64,000 nt of DNA, from the NCBI GenBank assembly GCA_965248695.1, contig CBDFKD010000002.1:5376001-5440000 (forward strand), written 5' to 3'. Both the position numbers and the translations under genes were made by a program. The notes below the pieces were generated by a model, which was not told the DNA's origin, searched no databases, and worked only from the letters and a program-made list of their open reading frames with translations. This stretch comes from Acidobacteriota bacterium (lineage in GTDB: Bacteria; Acidobacteriota; UBA890; WLXD01). Positions 1 through 10,048 of the stretch are shown one piece after another (position 1 is the stretch's first letter; each line of letters opens with the position of its first letter).

Positions 1-721
1 TGTCGTTGGCAAGCTCTTCGAGGGTCGCCGGCATTCCTAGCGGGTGCACGCTGGCGGCGAGACGAAGCTCGTCCGCGGGAATGTACGGCACCTGAATCTC
101 GTTGCCGTCGACCATCAGCCGCATGAGCTCCAGGGCGTCGAGCTCCTCCTTGTTGAACAGCTCCTCCGCATTGCGGTCCAACGTCGGATTTTGCGGCACC
201 CATCCGAGCGGGCTCTCGTAGAGACCGTGAACCTGGAGGTCGACCGTCTGACCGACCGTCACGGCGAGCAGATCGAGGTTGTCGCCCGGGATCATGATCT
301 GGCCGCTGGGAGGCGGTCCTTCTTGCTGGAAGCTGAGGGCTGGCTCGTCGGCCGCCTCATCCTGCCCTTCGGCCGTGTCCTCCCCGCCCGCGTCGTCGGG
401 CGCGGTCGACACCGGTGGCGGCGCGGTGGTCGCCGGAGCGGCGGTTCCGTCGACGAGCAGAATCGAGTCCTGGTCGATATGGACCACCTGCAGCCCGGTA
501 ACCACGACCTCGATGCTCGAGGGCGGGACGCTAAGCGCGTGCAGCATGAAGGGTCGCGGATGGCTCGGGCTGGCGAGGTACTCGGCCATCGTCAACTGCT
601 GCGGCGACTTCAGGTAGAAGTCGGTGAAATACGGCACCGCGAAGATGTAGTAAACGAAGGCCGCTGCCAGCAACAGTAGGAGCCAGTTCAGCGGATCTGT
701 CAGGGTCTTTTTGAGCGCCAT
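1..721 (-). CDS. Hypothetical membrane-anchored protein, 3' end truncated by window edge
   Basis: Read manually (not in ORF track): ATG at 721 gives MALKKTLTDPLNWLLLLLAAAFVYYIFAVPYF..., an N-terminal TM helix, then an acidic/Pro linker; frame open to position 1. Confidence 0.7.
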   Translation of the reverse strand, partial: MALKKTLTDPLNWLLLLLAAAFVYYIFAVPYFTDFYLKSPQQLTMAEYLASPSHPRPFMLHALSVPPSSIEVVVTGLQVVHIDQDSILLVDGTAAPATTAPPPVSTAPDDAGGEDTAEGQDEAADEPALSFQQEGPPPSGQIMIPGDNLDLLAVTVGQTVDLQVHGLYESPLGWVPQNPTLDRNAEELFNKEELDALELMRLMVDGNEIQVPYIPADELRLAASVHPLGMPATLEELAND

Positions 722-865
722 CGGGCCGCTCCCGCGGGACGTGATTCGGGGTTCGTGGGATTGCTTGTGTTGGGCAAGCTTGGCAGAGATGCCAGCGGGG
801 TATTTCGAGGCTGGCGCATTATATGCGCCCAAACCGAGACATGTCGAGTTGCGTTGAAAAACACC

Positions 866-1909
866 TTATCCGGAGCGTGCGAAGCGTGTCACGTCGTCCC
901 GCTTGCCCAGGACGATCAATATCGAGTCGGCCTCCAGCTGGTAGCCCGGTGCCGGATTGAACTTCATTTCACCACCGGTACCCATGACACCGACGACGAT
1001 CAGTCCGAAGTCACGCCGGATGTTGCACTGCTCGATCGACTTGCCAATGAGGGACGAACCGGCAGGAACGCTGAACTCGTCGAGTTGTAGGTCGAGCCCC
1101 TGACTGGTCGTCACCGTGTCGGTGAAATCGACCGTGTGCGGCCGGGTGACGGAGTTCGACATGGATCGTGCCCCGATGCGCTCGGGAGAAACGACCCGGT
1201 CTGCGCTGGCCGCGAGGAGTCGGCGGTCACCCTGCTCCGTGACGCTGCGAGCGATGATCTGCAACCCGGTGCAGATATCGCGCGCCAGCAATGTCACGTA
1301 CAGGTTATCGGCCTCGTGCGACAACGTCAGCAGCAGGCCCCGAGCTCGCTCGATACCCGCCGCCCGCAGCACACTTTCCTCCACCGCGTTGCCGTGCAGG
1401 TACGGTATGCCCGCGGCAGCCGGATCGCCAAGCGCCTCTGCGTCGTTGTCGACCACGAGCACCGCCACGCCGTCCGCGACCAGGTGCCGACAGGCCTCCC
1501 TACCCACGCGACCGTAGCCACAGATGATGTAGTGCGCGGTGAGATTGGAGATCTCCTTGTCCATTCTTCTTCTCCCGACGACTCGTCGGAGGTCGCCCTC
1601 GATCGCCAGACGCGAGAGCATCGCCGCTACATAGAGAAATGCGCTCGCTCCAGTGAGAATCAAGGTCATCGTCAGGAACCTGCCGCCGGTCCCCAACGGT
1701 CGGACCTCCTGAAAACCTACGGTGCTCAGGGTCAAGATGACCATGTACAGACTATCGACCAGTGTCCAGCGTTCGACGATCATGTAGCCGGCCGTGCCGG
1801 CCGTCAGGATCAAGGCGATCGCTACCACGCCCAGGCGAGTCGATTGCATGCGCCGGCGATGTTCGACGTCGTTGACCGCGTACAGGGGTGCCGTCGGTAT
1901 CGACGTCAA
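866..1909 (-). CDS. Potassium channel, 2TM pore with TrkA-N/TrkA-C (RCK) domains
   Basis: TLSTVGF selectivity filter, ICGYGRVG Rossmann motif, C-terminal TrkA-C; start TTG 1909 or ATG 1849. Confidence 0.9.
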   Translation of the reverse strand: MTSIPTAPLYAVNDVEHRRRMQSTRLGVVAIALILTAGTAGYMIVERWTLVDSLYMVILTLSTVGFQEVRPLGTGGRFLTMTLILTGASAFLYVAAMLSRLAIEGDLRRVVGRRRMDKEISNLTAHYIICGYGRVGREACRHLVADGVAVLVVDNDAEALGDPAAAGIPYLHGNAVEESVLRAAGIERARGLLLTLSHEADNLYVTLLARDICTGLQIIARSVTEQGDRRLLAASADRVVSPERIGARSMSNSVTRPHTVDFTDTVTTSQGLDLQLDEFSVPAGSSLIGKSIEQCNIRRDFGLIVVGVMGTGGEMKFNPAPGYQLEADSILIVLGKRDDVTRFARSG

Positions 1910-1913
1910 CGGT

Positions 1914-2396
1914 TCAGCCGAGCTCACCGTCGTGGATCGTGCGGAAGCTAAGAACCTCGTAGTTGCGGTCTCCGCGCGGTGTCTGAACCGTGATCTCGTC
2001 GCCGTCGGCTCTCCCTGACAGGGCCCGGCCGATCGGCGAGGTAACCGAGATACGGCCCGCTTTCGGATCCGTGTCATCGGCGGAAACGAGCCGGTAGGAG
2101 ATCTCCTCGTCATTGTCGAGGTCGAGCAGCTCCACTGTTGATCCGAAGCCGATCGAGTCGCGCGGGATCATCGCGGTGTTCATGCCCGATATGGCCTGTC
2201 GCTTTTGGTACAGGCGCAAGAGCAGCGCGGTGACCGTGTCCTTGCGGTCCTTGGCCGCCTCGTGCTCGGCGTTCTCACTGAGATCGCCGTGGGCGGCAGC
2301 TTCCGCCAGCTGGCGTGGGAGCTCCACTTTGAGCTCACGCTCCAGAACGCTGACTTCGGCCTCGAGCCGCTTCAGGAGGTCTTCACGAATACCCAT
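1914..2396 (-). CDS. greA: Transcription elongation factor GreA
   Basis: HGDLSENAE motif; ISVTSPIGRAL C-terminal motif. Confidence 0.95.
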   Translation of the reverse strand: MGIREDLLKRLEAEVSVLERELKVELPRQLAEAAAHGDLSENAEHEAAKDRKDTVTALLLRLYQKRQAISGMNTAMIPRDSIGFGSTVELLDLDNDEEISYRLVSADDTDPKAGRISVTSPIGRALSGRADGDEITVQTPRGDRNYEVLSFRTIHDGELG

Positions 2397-2477
2397 CGGC
2401 GGGATCCTGTTTGGCTGGACGATTTGTGGGTTCTCGGCGACGACGTGCGAGCTGCCTCGTCTAGTCGATTGGAGCGC

Positions 2478-3533
2478 TCAACGTCGGACGCGTGCCAGGG
2501 CAACTACTGCTGCCTCCGACGTGTTGTCGAGATGGAGGGACTGCCTGTAAGCGCGTTCCGCCTCGGTCAGCTGATGCTGCATTTCCAGTGACAGACCGAG
2601 GTTATACCAAGCGCCAGCGTCCCGAGAGCGCCGCTCGATCACGTGACGAAACGCCCTCTCCGCAGGGCCGTAGTCCTGCAGCAGGAGTGCTGCGGTGCCC
2701 CTGGTCATCCAGGCGTCAAGATCCTCGGGCACACGGCTCAAATGGTCCGCTAGCACCTCGACGGCGGCCGCTGGCTGGTCGTTGGCGATCAGCGCACGCG
2801 CCAGATCGTAGCGCGCATATCGGTAGTCAGGCGACAGATCCAGCGCCTTCTCGAAGTCGTCGATAGCGTCGGCGTAACGCTCGTCCAGGTAGGCCGTTAT
2901 GCCCCGATAGGTCCAATACGCGGGATTGTCGGGTAGCGGCGCCCCGACGCGCACCGTGGTGCCCGAAACCGACCCGTGGTGCGGCTCGTCCTCTGGCAAG
3001 GATTCGGGCGGCATCTCTGTGTACAGGGTCTCGATGCCGTCAATGAGCGCCGGGTCGAGCACGCGCACGAAGATCTCGGTCAGGTAGATCTGGAAGTCGT
3101 CAACCCGCACCGCGCCCAGACCTACGTGGGTGAAGGCCGGGTCCATCCGATTCAGCCGATGCCCCTCGCTGACCTGCAACGCCGCGTGCAGCGCCTCGGC
3201 GCCGCGATTCCGGGCAACGTTCTCACCGAACTGCATCACGCGCGGGAACGCGAGCTTGAGACGCGTCTCGGTGCCTACACCGTGGAGAAACGAATGATGG
3301 GTCACGACGCCCCTGGCGGCCATCTCTCGACTGTGCTGGTAGGCCAGCAGGTCCAGATCCGCGTGCCCTTCGAGCTCCCCCATCCCGGCCTCGGCGCGCG
3401 CCGCGTTCAGCATGCCGAGCACGGCGCCGCCGACCCCGGCTTCCATCTCCGTCGGATACGCGACCGGGTCCGTTTGCCCATCGGCGACGCCGCAGAAGCA
3501 AACGAAGATGGCAGCGGTCGCGAGACGGCTCAT
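2478..3533 (-). CDS. Secreted CAP (SCP) domain protein with C-terminal TPR repeats
   Basis: Signal peptide; LNAAR..HS..M..GENV..SEGHR.N CAP motifs; TPR repeats (AWYNLGLSL); start overlaps upstream stop (ATGA). Confidence 0.8.
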   Translation of the reverse strand: MSRLATAAIFVCFCGVADGQTDPVAYPTEMEAGVGGAVLGMLNAARAEAGMGELEGHADLDLLAYQHSREMAARGVVTHHSFLHGVGTETRLKLAFPRVMQFGENVARNRGAEALHAALQVSEGHRLNRMDPAFTHVGLGAVRVDDFQIYLTEIFVRVLDPALIDGIETLYTEMPPESLPEDEPHHGSVSGTTVRVGAPLPDNPAYWTYRGITAYLDERYADAIDDFEKALDLSPDYRYARYDLARALIANDQPAAAVEVLADHLSRVPEDLDAWMTRGTAALLLQDYGPAERAFRHVIERRSRDAGAWYNLGLSLEMQHQLTEAERAYRQSLHLDNTSEAAVVALARVRR

Positions 3534-3982
3534 GAGAACAGCAGCGCCAAGGCTCCGCATGCCAGGTTGAACTGCATGCTCAGGACAGAGGCTCGATGCA
3601 GTTGATCGAATTGCGCGTCGCCGGAAGTTCGCCCCTCGGCGCGCAGCCGCCGCAGGCGCGGCGCGACCACGCGGGCGGAGTAGATCGCGCTGGCGCTCAT
3701 CATGGCGATGCATACGTACTCGATGGCATACCAGGGGGACAGCCGACCGAACCAGGCCACCAATAGGGGGCTCGTGATCCACAGGAACAGTATGCACCCC
3801 ATGACCACCGCATCGAAACGACGCAGGATCGCCGACATGATGCGGCCGGCCTCCTGCCGGCTGGATGCGGTGCGAAAGACCGCCGGCGCGGCAACGATCC
3901 CGACGGCAACCATGCCGCCGATCCAGATCCCGAGCGCGGCCGTATGCAGGAAATGGAGCGTCAAGTAGGTCCAGTTCGGCAT
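3530..3982 (-). CDS. DUF4149/CopD-like four-TM membrane protein
   Basis: H..ALGIWIGG...AP.VF and FDQLHRAS motifs. Confidence 0.75.
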   Translation of the reverse strand: MPNWTYLTLHFLHTAALGIWIGGMVAVGIVAAPAVFRTASSRQEAGRIMSAILRRFDAVVMGCILFLWITSPLLVAWFGRLSPWYAIEYVCIAMMSASAIYSARVVAPRLRRLRAEGRTSGDAQFDQLHRASVLSMQFNLACGALALLFS

Positions 3983-4032
3983 CGACTCGTTCCTCCGGTC
4001 ATCGAATGCGAGCCCCGTCATGCTGCCCGACC

Positions 4033-5730
4033 TCACCCATCCGAGCCTATCAGCGCCAAGAAGTCACCTGCACTCCGAGTGTTCGCCACCTGCTCCGGGC
4101 CGAGCCCGGCACGCCGTGCCATCGCCACCCCGAGCCGCATGTGATCGAGGCCGACGACGTCGTGAGCATCCGTCGAAATCACCACTTGGGCACCCACCTC
4201 GGCCGCCAAGCGCAGGTTTGTCGCGCCCAGGTCGAGGCGCTGCGGGTGGGCGTTGCATTCGAGCAGGACGCCGCGATCACGAGCGGCGCTGAAGACGCGC
4301 TCCAGCTCCAGCGAAGACGACTCGCGGCGGTTCAGCCGCCGGCCCGTGGGATGCGCCAGCACGTGCACGTTGGGGTTGTCGAGCGCCCGTAGCAGGCGAA
4401 GGGTCATCACGTCGCGTGCCTGGTCCATTTGAGAGTGAACCGCGGCAACGACGCACTCGGCGTCCGCCAGGCAGGCGTCGTCGAGATCCAGTCTGCCGTC
4501 CTCGAGTATGTCGACCTCAACGCCACGGAGTAGACGAAAACCGTTGAGGCGGCTGTTGAGCGCTTCGATCTCGGCCCACTGGCGTGCCAGACGGCGGGCG
4601 TCGAGCCCCCCGGGCATTCGTTTCGAGTGATCGGTGATCACGGCGTAGTCATAACGCCGTGCCGCCGCCGTGGCCATGACATCGATCTCGGCGCGTCCGT
4701 CGCTGGCGGTGGTGTGCATCTGGCAGTCGCCACGAATTTCGTCGAGCTGCACCAGTTTTGGCAAGCTCCCGAGAGCCGCCGCTTCGACGCTGCCGTGGTG
4801 CGCTCTGAGCTCGGGAGGGACGACCGGCAGTCCGGCGGCAGCATAGACCTGCCGCTCAGTTGCCAGGTTGTCGAATGCGACCGGTGCTCCGCCAGCCGAT
4901 CTGTCCGCACGATCCTGCACCCGTCGGCGAACGGCGCTCGTATGCTCATCGGGGCCGGTACTCGCACACCAGACACTTCCAAAGGACTGTCGAGCGGTCA
5001 CCTGAAGCTCGACGATGGCACCGTCGGCCAATCGCACACGCGCGCGACTGTCCTCATGGATCAGCAGCTGCTCGACGTCGTCGCGGACAACGAAACGATC
5101 CACCGGATCGACTGCACGCTTGCAGGCGGCCAGCAGATCGATGCGGTCCACAGTTGCCTCGCGTCGCCGAACCGCACCGGCAATCTCGACACGCTCGACA
5201 CCGTCGTGCTCACGGAGCTGTGCGACAAGAGCCTCAGCACGCGGAAGCGCGTCTCCGAGGAGCATCCGCACTCCCTCGGTTCGCCGTCGGTGCAGAGCGC
5301 GCAATATGCGCGCCTGCGTCTTCGTGCCGAGGCCGGGTACCTGCTGCAGCGCTCCGTCTGCCGCCGCCCTGGCGAGATCCTCGATCGATCCGATGCCCAG
5401 TGTCTGGGCCATGGCGCGAGCCCTTTTGGGGCCGATACCCGGCAATCGAACGACCTCCAACAAGCCGCCCGCATTCCCGGCGAGCAACTCGGCGTGCTCG
5501 CGACAAGCGCCGGTATCGAGCAGCTCCTCGAGCTTGGCGGCAATCGCTTTTCCGACGTGCTGCAGATCGCCCAGCTGCTGGGTCCGTCGTATCTCGGCTA
5601 GCGGTTGGCCGAGGCCACGGAGCGACTCGGCTGCCAGCCGATAGGCGCGCACGCGGAAGACGCTCTCGCCCTGAATCTCGCGAACGTCGGCGATTTCATC
5701 GAGGACGCGTGCGATGTCCGCGTTGCGCAC
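4033..5730 (-). CDS. polX: DNA polymerase X family / PHP exonuclease (polymerase site altered)
   Basis: N-terminal FRVRAYR, HhH motifs GIGPK and GLGTK, PHP motifs TDHS, HPTGR, STDAH. Confidence 0.92.
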   Translation of the reverse strand: MRNADIARVLDEIADVREIQGESVFRVRAYRLAAESLRGLGQPLAEIRRTQQLGDLQHVGKAIAAKLEELLDTGACREHAELLAGNAGGLLEVVRLPGIGPKRARAMAQTLGIGSIEDLARAAADGALQQVPGLGTKTQARILRALHRRRTEGVRMLLGDALPRAEALVAQLREHDGVERVEIAGAVRRREATVDRIDLLAACKRAVDPVDRFVVRDDVEQLLIHEDSRARVRLADGAIVELQVTARQSFGSVWCASTGPDEHTSAVRRRVQDRADRSAGGAPVAFDNLATERQVYAAAGLPVVPPELRAHHGSVEAAALGSLPKLVQLDEIRGDCQMHTTASDGRAEIDVMATAAARRYDYAVITDHSKRMPGGLDARRLARQWAEIEALNSRLNGFRLLRGVEVDILEDGRLDLDDACLADAECVVAAVHSQMDQARDVMTLRLLRALDNPNVHVLAHPTGRRLNRRESSSLELERVFSAARDRGVLLECNAHPQRLDLGATNLRLAAEVGAQVVISTDAHDVVGLDHMRLGVAMARRAGLGPEQVANTRSAGDFLALIGSDG

Positions 5731-5743
5731 GGTGAACCACCGG

Positions 5744-8530
5744 TCACTGCGCGTCGGGCGCGACGCCGTAGTAACCCTCGCGTACCTGAACCCAGGCCCC
5801 CGGCTTTCCCTTCACCTCGACGCGTAGCTGGCGCCAGGTACCGTCGTAGCGCACATTGCGCGGGTAATACGACAACGCGTACTGGCTGTTGAGCTCGTCA
5901 GCGATGAGGCCGTAGATCTCCTCCAGCTCTTCGAGGCCGATGGGGAAATAGGGCGCTCCACCGGTGGCATCGGCGATCGATCGCAGCTGCTCGACGCCAC
6001 GTTTGACGGCACCGCTGGCATCACCGTACTCGGTGCCCTCCTGCATCAGCTGCAGACCGATCGTGTACACCAGCACGTCCGACTGGCGGAGATATTCCAG
6101 AACGTCTGCAAAGGCCATCTGGCTGTTGGTGTCGAGCCCGTCCGACAGCACAACCAAGGCGCGCTTCCCGGTGCGCCGGTTGAGCTTACGAATCGTCTCG
6201 GCGAGCGTATCGAAGAGCGCCGTGCTGCCGTCCGGATCGATTGCGTCCAGCGCCGCCTTCAGCGCCTCCTTGTCGTGGCTGAAATCGGAGTAGAGCCAGA
6301 CGCGATTGTTGAAGCCGAGGATCATTGCCTGGTTGATATCGCTCACCAGGGCATCGACAAGCCGCACCCCTCCGGCACGCTCGGCGCGAATGCCCCCGCC
6401 GAGCATGCTGCTGCTCTGATCCAGCGAGAGTGCGGCCGAAACCGGAACTTCGCCGAAGTCGAACTGCACGATCTCCTGCTCGGCACCATCCTCGGTAAGA
6501 CGGAAGTCTTCCGGCGTGAGGTCGCGCACCAGACGGCCTTGAGCGTCGCGCACGGTAGCGTGCACGGTTACCAGGTTGACGGTCGCGCCGAAGGAGATCG
6601 AGGCGCGATCAAGCACGATGTCATCGCTGGCGACCCGATCACCGGCCACTGCGACGGCGCGAATCACGAAAACTTCCTCGTCGTCCGGGAAGCTCCAGGC
6701 CATTTGGAATGGCTCCGTGTCGGCGGAGCCGATACGGCGGTCGTTGACGTAGAAATCGACGCGCTCGGCCGATTGGGACCCCATCACATTGGCGATCAGC
6801 TCGACGTCGCCGATCGGCAAGGTGTTGGGCGACGGGGATCCGATCCGCACTCGGAAGCTCGGCTCGATTGAGGACTCGGCTGCGCTCCCGTTGTCCCCCG
6901 CATCGTCGTCGTCCGGCTGGGCTGCGGTGGAGTACCGCGTCACCGCAGCCGTCGATCGCTCTTCGGGCTCGGCGGTGACCGTTCCTTCGGCTTCCGCAAT
7001 GCTCGGTGGACTACGGTAGATGCCACGGCGCGCACGTCGGGGTGCCTCGGGCGCATCGCGCACGACAATGTAGGCGTTGACCACCCCGGGCGGCTGCGCC
7101 ACGATCTTGTCCGTCAGATCCTCGACCGTTCCGGCCTCCCAGAACCGCGCCTCCACTCGCGCGTGACCGGTGCCGCGATTCGGGTACCCGAGCGCTTCTT
7201 CGATCAGGCGCGTCTCGCGCGGACCGATGCTGACGAAGTAGGCCCGCTGCACCCGCTCAGGGCGATCGAACCATTCGGCACTGATCAGGACTCCGACTCC
7301 GGTGACCCGGTCGGTCCTGTTCGTAAGCCGCAGCTGAAACGGCTCGACTCGTTGCTGCGACTCGTCCAGCGTCATCGAATCTGAGAGCAGCAACTCCCCC
7401 ACCGAGAAGCGCTCGTCGAACGCGAAGAATCGGCGCACGTTGTCGGCGTCGCCAAAGCCATGGCTATTGTTGGAGCGGTTCACGTCCGGGATCAGCCCGT
7501 TCGGATCCACGCTGACGCTGACAGGGTTGCAGGAGAGCTCCATCTCGATGGATTCGTCGTCGACGCCAGGGGCGACCGACTCCGTGGTGACCTGTCCATC
7601 AGGGCAGCGCGCCTGGACCGTCACCGGTACCGGGAAGGGCACGTCGCGGAGCACCCGGGCTCGCAGGCGAGTGGTCCCCTCACGAAGGCTGACGCGATCG
7701 ATGCCGACGTCGAGTGTCACTGTCGGCTTCAGCCAATCACGCACGACAGCATCGGGGTCGGGCTGCCGGGCGCGGCCGATGGCGTCGATGATCGCCGCCA
7801 GTTCCACGGATGGACGGGCCACCATCTGCCCGATCGCCGAGGTGACGACGTCGGCGCCGTACAGCCCTTCGAGTAGCTTGAACGTGGCATAGGCTTTACC
7901 ACGCGCCGCATCGGTGAGCGGTACCGCCGTCAGGTCCACCGGGCGCCGACTCTGTGCCGCGCGAGTGAAGTTGGCCTCGATCCCGTAGAGCACCGGCGTC
8001 GTCGACTTGAGATCACGGTAGATCCGATCGGTAAGGTAAAGAGCGGCGCCTTCCGTCCACCAGGGCGCGTCGCCGCCGGGTGCTCCGAGCGCGACTCGGC
8101 CGACCACGTAGGCACCCAGCCAGCGGGCGTACCCGAGGGCGTGAGCTGCTCCGAAGTCCTGCAATAGCAGCGGTACGTTCGTATGCATGACGACGACCGC
8201 CTGGCGGCCTTCACCGCGAACCTCGACGACTCCGTCGGCGCCGCTACCGGGTCCCGAAGCGACAGGCTCCCAACGGATCGTCCCGGCGGGCACCTCGACG
8301 CCGGTCAAACTGGAGATGCGGGTCGCCGCCACATCGGCGAACGACGCGAGGTTGATCGCCCAGTCGCGCCACGGTTCCGGATACTCGAGCCGAATGGGGG
8401 CATTCGACAACCTCAGAGTCGCTACCTGAGTTGCAGATGAGGCCACCGCACGGGAGGCAGCCGGCACCGACAACGCCACCAGTACGGCGCACGCGAGAGC
8501 GCGGCAAAACTGCTTGCGGGCATCTATCAT
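5744..8530 (-). CDS. Large secreted protein: degenerate gluzincin-like N-terminus, Ig-like domains, C-terminal VWA domain
   Basis: Signal peptide; V.D..G..V..L...DF...EDG..Q; MIDAS DQSSS, TALFD and LSDGLD; WWTEGAALY. Confidence 0.8.
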   Translation of the reverse strand: MIDARKQFCRALACAVLVALSVPAASRAVASSATQVATLRLSNAPIRLEYPEPWRDWAINLASFADVAATRISSLTGVEVPAGTIRWEPVASGPGSGADGVVEVRGEGRQAVVVMHTNVPLLLQDFGAAHALGYARWLGAYVVGRVALGAPGGDAPWWTEGAALYLTDRIYRDLKSTTPVLYGIEANFTRAAQSRRPVDLTAVPLTDAARGKAYATFKLLEGLYGADVVTSAIGQMVARPSVELAAIIDAIGRARQPDPDAVVRDWLKPTVTLDVGIDRVSLREGTTRLRARVLRDVPFPVPVTVQARCPDGQVTTESVAPGVDDESIEMELSCNPVSVSVDPNGLIPDVNRSNNSHGFGDADNVRRFFAFDERFSVGELLLSDSMTLDESQQRVEPFQLRLTNRTDRVTGVGVLISAEWFDRPERVQRAYFVSIGPRETRLIEEALGYPNRGTGHARVEARFWEAGTVEDLTDKIVAQPPGVVNAYIVVRDAPEAPRRARRGIYRSPPSIAEAEGTVTAEPEERSTAAVTRYSTAAQPDDDDAGDNGSAAESSIEPSFRVRIGSPSPNTLPIGDVELIANVMGSQSAERVDFYVNDRRIGSADTEPFQMAWSFPDDEEVFVIRAVAVAGDRVASDDIVLDRASISFGATVNLVTVHATVRDAQGRLVRDLTPEDFRLTEDGAEQEIVQFDFGEVPVSAALSLDQSSSMLGGGIRAERAGGVRLVDALVSDINQAMILGFNNRVWLYSDFSHDKEALKAALDAIDPDGSTALFDTLAETIRKLNRRTGKRALVVLSDGLDTNSQMAFADVLEYLRQSDVLVYTIGLQLMQEGTEYGDASGAVKRGVEQLRSIADATGGAPYFPIGLEELEEIYGLIADELNSQYALSYYPRNVRYDGTWRQLRVEVKGKPGAWVQVREGYYGVAPDAQ

Positions 8531-8603
8531 GCGTTCGAGTATAGCATCGGGCCTTGCTCGAAAATCCTGCTACCGGGCTCGGATCCCATCCCTGACCGGA
8601 CCC

Positions 8604-8634
8604 TGAGTAATTATCGTAACTCACTGAATATACT
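8604..8634 (+). promoter_or_regulatory. Promoter of fixCX with inverted-repeat operator
   Basis: TGAGTAA-N6-TAACTCA at 8604-8623 just upstream of TATACT -10 box at 8629-8634. Confidence 0.5.
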
Positions 8635-8736
8635 GGCGTTAAGGGAGTACGTGCGAGAGCCCCGATGGTTCTGCAAAGCGTCCTGACGACTCCCGTCTGA
8701 TGCATCGCCGCTAACAGCGACAACGAGAACTGAACG

Positions 8737-10041
8737 ATGTCAGATGAACGCTTCGAGGTGGTCATCGTCGGCGCTGGTCCGGCGGGCGCCGCTGCCGCGC
8801 TGACGCTGGCGCGCGCCGGGGTCGAGGTCCTCGTCCTGGAACGCGGCGACTATCCGGGTGCCAAGAACCTCTTTGGCGGCATCCTCTACACCGGCGTGCT
8901 CAACGAGCTCATTCCAGAGTTCTGGGACGAAGCGCCGATCGAGCGGCACATTGTGAACCGCCGCTGGCTGGCGCTGGATGACGACACGCAGATCGGGCTC
9001 GACCTAAAGAGCGCCAAGTTCGACGTCCCGCCGTTCAACAACACCTTCACGGCACTGCGATCCAAATTCGATCGATGGTTCGCCGAGCAGGCGGAAGAGG
9101 CCGGCGCGATGATCATCTGCGAGACCAACGTGGAGGAGCTGATCGTCGATCAGGGCAGTGTGCGAGGAGTCCGTACGGGTCGAGACGAGGGCGACGTCGA
9201 GGCCGATTGCATCATCCTCGCCGAGGGATCGAACGCCTTGCTCGCAGAGCGCGCCGGATTCAGGCCGATGATGAGTCCGACCAACCGCGTCAACGCCGTC
9301 AAGGAAGTGATCGCCCTTCCGCCGGAGATCATCGAAGATCGCTTCCATCTCGAAGGCCGGCAGGGAGCGGCGCTCGAGTACTTCGGCGGCGCCGTCAAGG
9401 GAACGGTCGGATCGGCATTCATCTACACCAACCACGACAGCCTCTCGGTTGGTGTCGGCAGCATCATCGCCGAATACCTACGCCTGCGCCTGGCTCCCCA
9501 CGAGATGCTCGACTGGTTCAAGGCCCATCCGATGGTGGCGCCCCTGCTGCGCGGCGGCGAGACCGTTGAGTACGCCACCAAGATGATTCCCGAGGACTCG
9601 TACGACCACCTCTCCGATCTGTACGAGGATGGTCTGCTGTTGATCGGCGATTGCGCCGGTCTGGTGAATCCCTCGATTCATCACGAGGGCACGAATCTGG
9701 CGATGGCCTCCGGCGTGGCGGCCGCCGAGGCAGTGCTCGAAGCACGCCAGAAGAACGATTTCTCCAAAGCAACCCTGGCGACGTACCGCGAGCGACTCGA
9801 GCAGTCCTGGGTCATGAAAGACCTGAAGCGATACCGCGACACGGTGCATTTCCTGCTCGAGAACCGCGAGTTCGTGAAGGACTATCCTGACCTCACCGTG
9901 CGCTTGATCCGCCGCTACTTCACCATCGACGACACGCCAAAGGATGACGTGATTCGAGATCTCTGGCGGCTCATTCGTGACGAGGTCAGTTTCTTCAAGG
10001 CGGCGCGCCAGATGTGGCGCGCCCGCAAGACCATGTTGTGA
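8737..10041 (+). CDS. fixC: FixC-type ETF:quinone oxidoreductase flavoprotein
   Basis: GAGPAG FAD motif; ERG..PG.KN..GG; FDRWFAEQAE; IGDCAG...EGTNLAM. Confidence 0.9.
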   Translation: MSDERFEVVIVGAGPAGAAAALTLARAGVEVLVLERGDYPGAKNLFGGILYTGVLNELIPEFWDEAPIERHIVNRRWLALDDDTQIGLDLKSAKFDVPPFNNTFTALRSKFDRWFAEQAEEAGAMIICETNVEELIVDQGSVRGVRTGRDEGDVEADCIILAEGSNALLAERAGFRPMMSPTNRVNAVKEVIALPPEIIEDRFHLEGRQGAALEYFGGAVKGTVGSAFIYTNHDSLSVGVGSIIAEYLRLRLAPHEMLDWFKAHPMVAPLLRGGETVEYATKMIPEDSYDHLSDLYEDGLLLIGDCAGLVNPSIHHEGTNLAMASGVAAAEAVLEARQKNDFSKATLATYRERLEQSWVMKDLKRYRDTVHFLLENREFVKDYPDLTVRLIRRYFTIDDTPKDDVIRDLWRLIRDEVSFFKAARQMWRARKTML

Positions 10042-10048
10042 GGTGGTG

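Noticed and set aside
44-679. Long antisense or alternate-frame ORFs (e.g. 44-679, 10577-11809, 44504-45727, 57809-58954)
   Set aside because: Shadow ORFs of real genes, expected at high GC; they lack recognisable motifs
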